Assembly: GCA_043228905.1 (NCBI GenBank)
Contig: JBHGNT010000006.1
Location: 22,072,001-22,136,000 of the forward strand
DNA from: Azolla caroliniana
Lineage: Eukaryota; Plantae; Polypodiophyta
Direction of reading: 5' to 3'
Length of the DNA: 64,000 nucleotides
In this document: in pieces, positions 25,093-36,651 of the stretch
Numbering within the stretch: the first letter of the stretch is position 1
Layout of the letters: the number at the start of each line of letters is the position of its first letter
Translations under genes and position numbers: made by a program
The notes under the pieces: model-generated
Database searches by the model: none
Told to the model about the DNA's origin: nothing
The model's input: the letters and a program-made list of their open reading frames with translations, nothing else

Positions 25093-28000
25093 TGTAAAGA
25101 ATCAGATATGATTCTTGTGAAGCGGAAGAGATGTGAGTTATGTGTGTGTATGAGAGAGAGAGAGTGAGAGAGACAAGGAGTAAGACACAGAGAATACGCA
25201 AGGTAAAAGTATATTAACAAAGGAGAAAGACTTAACTTAATACAAGGTGGGAGGAGGGTGCTTTATATAGTCACCCTCTCTCTTCATTAACTACAAGACT
25301 CATGGAGCATGGGGAATGTGAAAGCTCATAAGTTATGTGTCATAGAATATGATTCTATGACTCATACTAAATGCTAGAATACAAAGAGGTGACATAATGG
25401 TGACTCTTGATCGTTGGAGTGTCTATTCACTCTCAAGGTGAGTTCACACACTAGACCAAGTTGAGCTTGATTCTCAACACGTCCCCTCAAGCTCAAGTTG
25501 GGTCGATTTCAGACGGTATCCGAAATCCGCTTCAACTCGCGTTCCAGAGTCTGCGTCGACTCGCGTTTATGCAGAGTTGCGGAATCCGTTCTCCAGCTTG
25601 CGTTGTGCGTAGTTGCGAAGTTTGTGCTTCGGCTTGCATCTTTCTTCGCGGCTTTGCGCGGTAGATCGGCTCTTTGCGTCTTCGTTGTGCGGTTGCGTAA
25701 TCCACGCATTATTGCGTTCGCGGCTTCGTTGCGTGGTTGCGTAATCCACGCGTTATTGCGTAGTGCGCGGTTGCGGAATCTACGTGTTATTGCGTAGTGT
25801 CTTCAGTCTCTCCCTCAAGTTTGGCAAGTCAGGGATCATCAATCCAAGATCGTTCATGAATTGCCACAGCTTGTCGGCTCCTAAGGCTTTAGTGAAGATG
25901 TCGGTCGTTTGAAGATTTGTGATAATGTGTTGTAGGTCGACATTGCCAACTAGAACGCGCTCTCGGATGAAGTGATAGTGCACTTCGATGTGCTTTGTCC
26001 GCGCGTGGAACACCGGGTTCCGAGCCAGATAGATACTGCTCATGTTGTCGCAATAAAGGGAAGTCGGATCCTTGATGGGTACACCCAGATCCTTGAGTAT
26101 TCTTTTGAGCCATACGACTTTACATGTGGCCACTGTCGTGCCCCTGTATTCCGCCTTTGTGCTCGAAAGAGCGACAGTTGGTTACTTTTTGTTGCTCCAG
26201 GATATTGCTCCGCTGCCGAGGGAGAAAACAAATCTGGAGGTTGATCTTCTATGGGCTTTGTAGCCGGCCCAATCGGCGTCTGTGTACCCCTCGAGTCGTA
26301 TTGGCATCGCGGTCTTGTAGAGGATGCCACAATCCATTGTGCCGCTCACGTATCGTAGAACTCGCTTAGCGCAATCCAAGTGAGTATCACACGGTGTTTG
26401 CATGAAGTGGCTAAGGAGACCGACCGGATAACTGAGATTGGGTCGAGTGATCGTGAGGTAGATGAGACTCCCGATGAGTTGCCGATACTGAGTCGGTTCA
26501 CACGCTTTGGTGCCGGAGTTCGCATCTAGTTTGAGATTGCAATCGAGCGGGGTTGTTGCGGATTTGCACTCATCCATTCCAAACTTGTATAACAAGTTGA
26601 GGATGTAGTGTCGTTGAGAGATCATGATTCCGGCCAGAGTCCGAATTACCTCGATGCCGAGGAAGTAGTGGAGCTCCTTCATGTCCGTCATCTCGAACTT
26701 GTCGGAAAGGAGGGATTTGACCTTATTGATTTCGACGAGGTGCTCACCTCCAATGACTAGGTCATCCACATATAAGATGATGACAATCGGACTTGCAAAA
26801 TCGCGTCGTATGTAAAGGGAGTTGTCTGATTTTGACATACGAAAGCCGATTTGATGAAGATATTGCGTTATCTTTGAATGCTAAGAACATGGTGCTTGCT
26901 TGAGGCCATAGAGTGGCTTCTTGAGTCGGCATACAACTTTCGGATGGGTGCTCGAGTTGAAGCCGAGTGGTTGTATCATGTACACCTTCTCTTCTAATTC
27001 GCCTTGTAGAAAGGCGTTCTTGACGTCCATTTGATGGAGGTGCCACCCTTTCGCTGCGGCAAGTGCAATTACGGTCTGTACCGTCGTCATCTTGCCACCG
27101 GGGCAAAGGTCTCCTCGTAGTCAACTCCGTGCATTTGGGCGTAGTCTTTCGCTACGAGTTGCGCTTTGTAGCGGTTGACGGAACCGTCGGCGTTGTACTT
27201 CACTTTGTTAATCCATTTACATCTGATTGCCTTTTTGTGCGGTGAGGTGGGAACAAGATCCCACGTCTCGTTCTTGCATAGTGCTTGCATCTCCTCATTC
27301 ATGGCTTCGATCCATCGCGGATCCTTGGTTGCTTCGGAAAAAGTTTCTAGCTCGCATACTGTCGCCACCTTCATCATAAAGGCATAGTGATATGCCATGT
27401 AGTCGTTGTAGCCGAATCGGCTAACCGGATTCTCGTTCTTGCATAGTGCTTACATCTCCTCATTCATGGCTTCGATCCATCACGGATCCTTGGTTGCTTC
27501 GGAAAAAGTTTCTGGCTTGCGTACTGTCGCCACCTTCATCATAAAGGCATAGTGATATGCCATGTAGTCGTTGTAGCCGAATCGGCTAACCGGATTCTTT
27601 TCATGGGTGAAGCGACGGAGCTTTTCATTTGCAAAGATGAGGGCTTTCTTAGCCCCGATTGGTACATCGAAGCCGCCGAACTCACTGTCGAGTGAGTGAG
27701 TCGACTCGTCGTCGTCGAAGCGATCGTCTTCGTAGTCCGACATTTTCGCCTTGCCTTTGTCCATCTTCCTGCTAGGCCGTGATGTGCTTTGATCACTCAA
27801 AGGCTCTTGTGGTCCGCTCAGTCAGGTCGTGATCGGACTTTCTTCGAACATGCGCATAAGGCGATCTTCATCCTCTATCTCTTGTTCGGCAGATTCCGAG
27901 TCGAAGTTGCCTCTGGTGCGTACCAGGATGCGAACTCATCAAAAACGATGTCTCGACTTACGCGAGATTTTCGAGTTGAGGGGTTGTAGCACTTGTACCC

Positions 28001-29565
28001 CTTTTGCTCCAATGAGTATCCTACAAGGATACATTTCTCCGACTTTGGGTCAAGCTTTTGACGCTTCTCGTCGAGGATGTGCACATACGCTATCGCACCA
28101 AATATCCGGATGTGCGATAAGTCCGGCTTCTTTCCGAAGTATTTTTCATGCGGAGTGACCTCATGCATGCCGGATGTTGTGCACCGGTTCATTAGGTAGA
28201 CGGCCGTATTTGCAACTTCGGCCCAATAAGACTTGGGCATATGCTTCTCGTTCATCATGGCTCGTGCTACTTCGAGGATGTGCCGATTTTTGCGCTCGGC
28301 TACTCCGTTTTGTTGCGGAGTGTGTCCGCAAGTGAATTCTCGCCGAATTCCTTCCTTTTGGACATACGTCGTTGTCGTGAAGATCCGTCACTAGGCGCGG
28401 ATCGTGAGGCAAAACCGCCAGGGTTCTAGACCAGAAGGATTCGAAGACGGTACAAGCTTTAGCGAGAAAGTATTTAAGAGAGATTGAGAGAGAGAGAGAG
28501 ATTGAGATTACTTTTATCTTTAGATTTAAGAAACAAGTTACACAATTAATTCGATAACGAATTTTCTTCTTCTTAATTTCATAACCAAAAGAGCCTAACC
28601 CTTCTTCTTTTTCCACCCCTTCTTTTATAAATGCTCTCATGCATATGATGCATGTGAGGGTACAAGACATGCATAAAATGCATGCTTGCCATTTGGCGCT
28701 CATGTATTACATGTGGTGCATGATAACCATGTCACTCATTTTAGCTCTCATGTATGAGAATTTACATATAAAAGTACAATGATAGAAATATAAATTCAAC
28801 TAAATGTAATGGCTTAGTGGTAAGCCTACTGACTCTTAACTAGGAGGTACAAGGTTTGAATCCACACTTGCACTCCTTGTGTATATATATATGTATACAT
28901 ATATTTATTTATATATCTATTCGGTTGCGGGATGACGCCGGTTACCATTCGGTCACTAGGTCCGGGTCCCGGTTACGTTGTCGGTCTGGTTTTGGTTGGG
29001 CAAAACCTTTGCAAGTACTAGGCCACACCCATTCATCCAATAGCTTAGTTCAAGTCACCTTGAACTCTCTATGCTCCACACATAGACACAAAGATAATAG
29101 TTTTTGTTCTACCTTATATATGGTGAGATCCTTATTTCCTGTCTATGTGGGATATCTCACAGTTTTATTTTTCTCTTCTTACTTCTCATACTTCACTCCC
29201 ACATAACTTGTCACTTAGATGTTCGTTTCTTATGTAGTAAAGTGTATCTCTTCAAGATCTTCGTCTTTTGTACTAAGATATTAAACTTACTTAGAATCAG
29301 TATATTCACTATTATTGTTTTATATGATTGACACTTGATTTCGTACATCTTATGTGATTTTCACACCATTGCCGAAAATCTTCACGACACCGTGAAATCG
29401 TCCAAGAAGTACTCCTTGCCGCCATCTGATCGAAGGCATCGTACATGTCGGCCCATGGGTTTCTCGAATTCATGGTGACATAATGGTGACTCTTGACCGT
29501 TGGAGTGTCTATTCACTCTCAAGGTGAGTTCACACACTAGACCAAGTTGAGCTTGATTCTCAACA
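25093..29565 (-). mobile_element. Ty1/copia element C inside the tRNA array; gag/AP and most of the 5' LTR deleted
   Basis: 3' LTR 25093-25479 with PPT; 5' LTR remnant ~29473-29565; perfect TSD CATAG; INT (LRSDGGKEY, YWAEV), RT (LYVDDL), RH (HARTKHIEVHYH); ~160-bp internal duplication near 27270-27600. Confidence 0.9.
28373..29389 (-). mobile_element. Solo LTR with 12-bp terminal inverted repeat and 4-bp TSD, inside copia C integrase
   Basis: TGTCGTGAAGAT..ATCTTCACGACA; TSD TCGT/CCGT; removing it restores DFTTYVQKEGIR in frame; its start resembles LTR 17672. Confidence 0.8.
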
Positions 29566-29758
29566 CATAGCATAATTGATATATAGCTGATTTGATCAAT
29601 AAGGTTACTTAGTAATTACCTTGAATGTAAGCTTTCATAGCTTAGTTGGTTCGAGCACTTGTTTTTGGTAAAGCAAGCTTATTTAGTAACAAGTTCGGAT
29701 GTAAGCTTTGATCGCATACATCTGATGAATAAGCTAGTTGGTATTAACATAAATATAA

Positions 29759-29832
29759 GCTTTCATAGCTCAGTTGGCTAGAGCACCCGTTTAGTAAGTG
29801 GGAGGTCTTGAGTTCAACTCTCAATGAAAGCA
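29759..29832 (+). tRNA. tRNA-Thr(AGT), possibly functional
   Basis: GCTTTCATAGCTCAGTTGGCTAGAGCACCCGTTTAGTAAGTGGGAGGTCTTGAGTTCAACTCTCAATGAAAGCA; all stems pair allowing G-U. Confidence 0.85.
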
Positions 29833-30249
29833 AACACTTTCTTTACTTGATATCTAAATTAGTGCATAGAAGGAAATGGACAAAATCCAATTATTGATGT
29901 TATTAAATACTTGACATAGTACTAAAACATATATTTTCGCTGGAGGTCTTGAGTTCAGCAGTACATGAGAGGAAAAACATTGTTTACGTGATATCTAAAT
30001 TAGTCCACTTTAGAAAATAGATGTAATCCAATTGTTATTCTAATCTCATAGTTGACATTGCGCTTAAACATAGATTTTTAGCATATGCAATATTTTTAAG
30101 CCTTTATAACTCGTTTGATTTGATTACTTATAGTTTATTTATAAGCTGTCATAGCATAGTTGGTAAACAAATTTGTTTTGTAAGAAGTTTGAATGTAAGC
30201 TTTTATTGCACCTTTGGAGAGGAATGTTACTGAGTAACGTTAAATGTAA

Positions 30250-30323
30250 GTTTTCATAGCTCAGTTGGTTAGAGCACTTGTTTCGTAAACATGAGGTCTT
30301 GAGTTGAACTCTCAATGAATGCA
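30250..30323 (+). pseudogene. tRNA-Thr(CGT) pseudogene
   Basis: Anticodon loop TTCGTAA; T loop GTTGAACT and acceptor mismatches. Confidence 0.7.
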
Positions 30324-30368
30324 AACACTTCGTTTAGTTAATATCTAACCTATTCAATGGAAAGTAGT

Positions 30369-30452
30369 TGTTGAGAGATCAAGCTCAACTTAGTTTAGTT
30401 AGTTAGTCAACCATGTAATTTCGTAGTTACCTAGATAGAATCTAGTTAGAAG
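30369..30452 (+). mobile_element. Short LTR fragment of the same copia lineage within the tRNA array
   Basis: Begins TGTTGAGAGATCAAGCTCAAC; array spacer sequence resumes at ~30453. Confidence 0.6.
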
Positions 30453-30610
30453 TGTTGAGCATATGAAATATTTAAAAGCTTTTATAACTCGTTTCATCTG
30501 ATTACCTATACTTTATTTATAAGCGTTTAGAGCATAGTTGGTATATTGGTGGGGTTTCCCCCTCACCTTAGGTTTCTCACTAACTTCTTGTCCCACGAGT
30601 TTCTTCGATG

Positions 30611-31070
30611 CCCCTCCTACACGATAGCCCTCTTGTCCCCCACCTCAGCCAAGTCCAAGTGGCCCTCAGTCCACAAGAGCGATTTATCTTTTTCCGCCAA
30701 TTGATCTTCCCCTGATCCCCCTCCTACACGATAGCCCTCTTGTCCCCCACCTCAGCCAAGTCCAGGTGGCCCTCAGTCCACAGGAGTGATTGATCTCTAT
30801 CTTCCTATAGCCCGCCTATCCCCCACCTCAACCAAGTCCAGGTGGCCCTCAGCCCACAGGAGCGATTGATCTCTATCTACATATAACCCTCCTGTCCCCC
30901 ACCTCAACCAGTCCAGGTGGCCCTTAGTCTACAAGGGCAATTGATCTTTCGCCACTGATTGTTAGCTCATACACGGTAGCCCTCCTGTCCCCCACCTCAA
31001 CCAAGTCCAAGTGGCCCTCAGTCCATAGGAGCAATTGATCTTTATCACCGATTGCTAGCTCGTTTTCCAT
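30611..31070 (+). repeat. Tandem repeat, 5 copies, ~75-107 bp period
   Basis: Core TCCCCCACCTCA(G/A)CCAAGTCCA(A/G)GTGGCCCTCAGTCCACA at ~30636, 30743, 30819, 30895, 30988. Confidence 0.85.
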
Positions 31071-31084
31071 CACTAGCCCCGTCC

Positions 31085-31392
31085 AACTATCAGGGCCGGT
31101 AGTTCCACGGGGATGTCCTCAACATTGTTGCAGCTCAACTCAATGTCCAACTGATGTTTACGTCCCCATACCATCCTCAGAAAAATGGCCTCACCGAACG
31201 CCTCAACAAGACCCTCAAGTAACACGAATCAGCACTTTCCGAGCACTCTATGGGGGTGATCCTCGCCTCCCACCAAAATCGTCCATTGATGTCCATTCCA
31301 AAACTTGCCAACATGCCACCCTAGGCCCATCTTCTGACCCTCGTCCTTTCCCCATGTTGTAAACCTCCTTGTTTCTCTCAAGGGGAAAATGT
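31085..31392 (+). pseudogene. Gypsy integrase remnant with PPT-like tract
   Basis: SPYHPQKNGLTERLNKTLK at ~31163-31219; AAGGGGAAAA-TG at ~31381. Confidence 0.55.
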
Positions 31393-34129
31393 GGTGTGCA
31401 TGTGTGCCTTTATGCCACCCTTTTAGGACACCCTTTTTAGCTAAACCAACCCAAATGGGTACCTTTGTATGAACTATAAATTGAGTAAGAAGTAAGAAAC
31501 TAACTAGGTTGGTTTTGATCTCTTATGTGCATTTCACAATATAATGATAATATTAAACCACAAACTTTTAGAAAAAAAAAACTGTCAATTACGACCATGG
31601 TTTTTGCATATAGTTTAAGGCTATGGTTTTGCTACATGGAAAGCCCACCATTTTCCATACATAGAAACTAGGGTAAACCGTAACACCCATGAAACTCTGG
31701 AAACTGAAGGCTTGCTAAGTTGTATGCTCGTGAGTACATTAAGATTCTTCAAAAAGAATAGGCTAACTCGAAGACGTAAGATCTTGCCCACAAATGGTTG
31801 GACTAGAATACATTTTTACAAGATTACTCTTGAGAATTAAGAATGAAAAAAATACCAAGAGCACAACCATGTGTCAATATAACGTTTGACTGACACAAAC
31901 CTTCATCAACAATGCCACCAAATCTGTCTCACCTAGTTCAAAACCATGCCAGTATGTTTGCATCTTTCACAACCTTCTCGCAACAAGAAGTGAGGAAACT
32001 CATCGACCATGCATACTTTTGTCAACCACAAGCAAGCTTGCTTTCCACAGGTTGTCAATCTAGTCTACTCACTACACATCCGTTTGACAATCACATGTGC
32101 ACTTTTGCTTGAATTTATATAAAATGTGTAAAGATGATCCAATTTTGGTCCCATAAGCCATATTTGATCTCCAATTATGGTAATAAAATCTATGTAATTA
32201 TCTCTACATACACTAGCATGTGGAAACCACAATCCTAGTTCATTTCTATAAAAGGGAGAAAAAGGATTCATCATATACATAATTCAAGACCGTGCCACAT
32301 GTCATTTGCTCAAACTACATATTGACATAACCATCTCAACTATGGCCCAAACACCTCTTTTTCTACATAGAAATTGTAAATTCGGAGGAAAATTATACAA
32401 ACGAGAGGAGTCTTGAAAAATCAAGGTGTTAACCCTCAAATTTCCCCCATTTAAAGTTTTATAGTGAGAGAAATGTCCACCCTACATAGGGTTTTTAATG
32501 TGGTATTATTATTTGATGTGAATAATCAAGGTAGTAACCCTAAATCTTTCCACATTTAAAGTTTTATGAAAAAAGAGATGTCTACTGTAAAGAGGGCTTT
32601 TAAGGTGATATTATTATTCATTGATTGATGCCTACAAATTGCATGCATAATAGCGGTTTGGGGTGACCATCAAAGCTCTGTAGTTTTTCCATTTTATGCA
32701 TTTGTTAGCTTTTAGTTAAGGTTCACGAAATATCAATAGAGGAGCAGTATTTATATATTTTAATTGTCGCGTTCCATCTTAGTACATCCAAATCCTTGAA
32801 ACATTTTTGGCATAGCTTCACAAGATGGGTCCAATTTTAGAATAGAAAATGAAATCCTCGTATACAAATTCACAATGTGCTTTTTTTAAATCAATATCAA
32901 ACAACAATGTATACATTTCTCTATAGGTATAGATTACTCTCCTCTCTCTCTCTCATACGTCTTTGTGACATACTTTATTTTCTAAGTTCCTAGCAAAATG
33001 TATCACGAAGACATTACATATATGGACGCTAACTAGGAACACCAAATGTAATCAGGTTTCTCTAGAAAATTGCCTTCAAGTGTTGTTCTTCATGCCCCCA
33101 TCATCTTTATGGTCACCTCTTAAAACCATGCTTTGTTTCTCTCTTCATTACAATAATTTGTTTCATTTCTATCATCTTCTAGCGCCACTACGTTGAATTA
33201 TATAAGCAGTAAACCATGCAAATCTTTTGTCTTGTTTGCTCAAACAAGCTTCTCAGTCCTTTTTCAAAAACTATGTTCCTATAAAAGCACCCTTGAGTAG
33301 TGCCGCTAGGGATTGGCATAATACACCTCGAAAATTTAATAGAAAAACATATATATTTTCTTCCACATTGGAGATTCCAATTTTTGACCACTTCTAAGTC
33401 ATGAGATGAATCACAACTTGAAAAACGCTTAAGACTTAAGCGATTTCTCATAACATTGACAAAAAGTAGATATTGACATAGTACGTGAAAAGAGGCGCAT
33501 TGAATATGATTTGCATATGATGGATTATGTTTCAATGAAGCGTTGAACATAGTTTTAACTCGAGTGCAAACGTAACATTCTAGTCAAGATTTCAAACATT
33601 GAATTGTACATATGATGGAAGCACGCATATATTTTAACATTGCCAAAATACACTGACTAACAATTATGGATAATATTTGCATAAAGTAGTTGATTGTGAC
33701 AACATATCTCATCAATGTGCATTGTTAACATACATTTTCTTTATAAGAAGGTGCTCACATCAAGAATCTTGAAAGATTACGAGATGGTTACCATCATAGA
33801 ATGAACCATACGTATCATACGTGCATTCGCATTCGAGAATGATTCAATCAAACATGTATGGTAAATCATCTCAAAGTTGAATTGGATTGACTATGGTCTA
33901 TATTATATATTGATTCACTCTCAATCCCAATAAGTGGACTCTAATCCATTGTGAACCCCCAACATAAGTATGGTTGCAATATTTGCATTGTATCACATGC
34001 ATAGTTTTGGGATGCTTCTTAAGAATCAAGACATCTCTATCATCCTCACTTTAGAACTTTACAAAAAAATGAGTATGAACTATAGAGATTGAATCAAAAT
34101 ATGTCATTGTAAATTATAATCAAATGTTC

Positions 34130-34790
34130 AAAAACTCATAAAACGTATATTCGAGAATATGAAGAAAACATGACATAGGTAGTAGTAGCATAACAACTTA
34201 CCACTTGGGTGACCCAATTTCTAATAACAAAGAAAGAAAGAAAAAAGAAACGATAAAAAACTCATAAAACGTATATTCGAGAATATGAATAAAACATGAC
34301 ATAGGCAGTAGTAGCATAACAACTTACCGCTAGGGTAACCTAATTTCTAATAACAAAGAAAGAAAGAAAAATAAAAAAGGAACATGACACTAACATAAAA
34401 TTTTGCCATGACATAGGCGGTAGTAGCATAACAACTTACCACTAGGGTGAGCTAATTTCTAATAACAAAGAAAGAACGAAAAAGAAGAAAAAGGAACATG
34501 ACACTAACAAGAGGATATGAGAAAATTGGGAATTGAACCCAAGACACAAGTACATAATAGTAGCACAAAAATTTACAAGTTACCACTAGGTTGTGCTTAA
34601 TTCTAATAATAAGAACAAAGAAAAAAACTATTATAACACTAACATAAAATTTTGCTATGACATGGTAGTAATGAGAGAGAGAGATATGAGAAAATTAGGA
34701 ATAGATCCGAAGACATAAACAACAATGACTCCTTACCACTAAGGTGAGCTATATTTATAATGACAATAAATGAAAAAAGAAGAAGAAAAA
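34130..34790. repeat. AT-rich tandem repeat, ~110-150 bp unit, ~5 diverging copies
   Basis: ATGACATAGG..AGTAGCATAACAACTTACCACTAGGGT..CTAATTTCTAATAACAAAGAAAG repeated. Confidence 0.8.
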
Positions 34791-36251
34791 GGAGCACGTA
34801 TTTTTTCCTTTTCAAACGTGTTCGTTTCCAAACGTGTGAATGCTTGCACAAACACGAATATTATGTTCTATGGTTACCATCATGAGCCCATGACATTTAT
34901 ACATGCATTCTTATACCCACATTAAGCATCATTTCTTTACGATAAATGTTGACTGAGATCTTTCCAATTTATATGAAAGTTAGTTGTTAGAAGGTTTGTA
35001 TTGATTCAAGGTTTTGATATTGTTCCTCAAACCACTTAAAATTTACCAAATTCTTGGTTGCACCTTTTTATCTCACCATATCACCATCCTCAATTTAATG
35101 ATTAGTACAATTCCTTGTCATACTTAGTTGAAGCTAGTGAAGCATGAGCATGCCCTCTTTTGTATTGAGGAAGAACTATATGAAAATGCAATAATACTTG
35201 TAAATTATAACATGTAAGAAACAAAGGATTGACATCACCGAGGAACCTTGTAGGTAAACGCTCTTTATATAGTAGGGGCAATTATTTGGGTGTTGCATTA
35301 GTGTCCAATCCCTCAAACACCATTAGTGACTCGATAGTTTGACTTGAGTGGTAGCTTGCACAAAGATGTTCACCTCACATACTAGAGATGCAAGGACTTT
35401 TCTTCGATTGCCATGTGATGCAGTGAGACTAATTCCATCAAACATGACACAAGAATCATAAAATCTATAGCATTTGTAAACACTTTATAATAAATGTTGA
35501 ATATTAAATAAGGATTTGCTCTTTGACTTTAAGTCCTTGAAATGCCAATTGTGAACTTTATAGATTTTTTTTTATTGTTATCGGAGAGGTAGTGACTCGT
35601 GAGCCTCTTGAATTTCATCTTCGTATGATGCAACAAAAACAAACTGGATTGTTTTTCTTCGGAAAAATAAAATTAGGCCGGAATGTATAAGGCATTAAAA
35701 AAACCCTTCATGGAACGTACGTGCAGTTCTGGATACGAGAAAAGAGGAAAGTTCTTTATTGTTTTCTTTTTGTACCTTGGCCGATGGGTCTCGTGCTTAG
35801 GGAAGGCCCTTGATATAAAATACTCCTGCATAGGTGAAACATCAGTTCGTTTTTGGTTTGATAGTCATTTTATATGAAAATGAGTGTGAAAAGGGTCAAA
35901 AGGAACACAAGAATGAGAAAAAACAAGCAATTGTGTTCCTACCCATGTGTGTGGTGGAATACAACTTCTACCTCAAGTGAGACTTATCATTAGGTAAGTG
36001 TGCAAGAGCTTTATCTCGACATTAGGATTGGGGGAGCCCTGACAGCCGATAACCTATAATGCATGGAGTTAACTCACACCTAAATCTAACTGATCCTCGG
36101 GTAAGTGTGCACTCGGTTTGACACCTCTCGCTAGCCTCTAAGTTTACGTGGAGACCACTCGCACCTGAACCTCTGAGACTTATGAGAGGATGGGCAAGCG
36201 GTACCATTGGAGTCGAGCCCAACCCAACTCAAGCTCGCACATGGGACTCGT

Positions 36252-36630
36252 ATACATACATACATACATACATACATACATACACACATACATACATGTA
36301 CATACATCCATTCTTTCATTCATACATACATACATACATACATACATATAGAAGTCCCCAAACCCAGAAGAAGACACTGTGTATTCGCTATGCGAAATGG
36401 AAAGCCTAGACAGCCAGAAAACAGAAAAGAAGGAAAAAAAAAGACAGGACGATAAAAGCAAAAAGCAGAAAGCAAAAAGCAAAAAGCAAAAAGCAAAAAG
36501 CAGAAAGCAAAAAGCAAAAAGCAAAAGGATAAAATGCTCTTTGTTTTTTGTTTCTGCAAAGAAAATACAAAAATACAGAGAGAGAAACTCGTCTTCTTCT
36601 TCTTCTTCTTCTTCTTCTGCTTCTTCTTCT
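36252..36630. repeat. Microsatellite cluster (TACA)n, (AAAAGC)n, (TCT)n upstream of the kinase ATG
   Basis: Read directly from the sequence. Confidence 0.9.
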
Positions 36631-36651
36631 TCGCTCTCGCTCTGTGCAGAA

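Larger units (their letters stand above)
23297..30545 (+). repeat. Tandem array built from tRNA-Thr genes and 5'/3' fragments, split by copia C
   Basis: Recurrent GCTTTCATAGC heads and GGAGGTCTTGAGTTCA tails with homologous spacers; 23297-25092 continues at 29571-30545. Confidence 0.9.

Noticed and set aside
31400-34100. Short ORFs in AT-rich intergenic DNA
   Set aside because: No motifs, splice structure or terminal repeats identifiable by eye.
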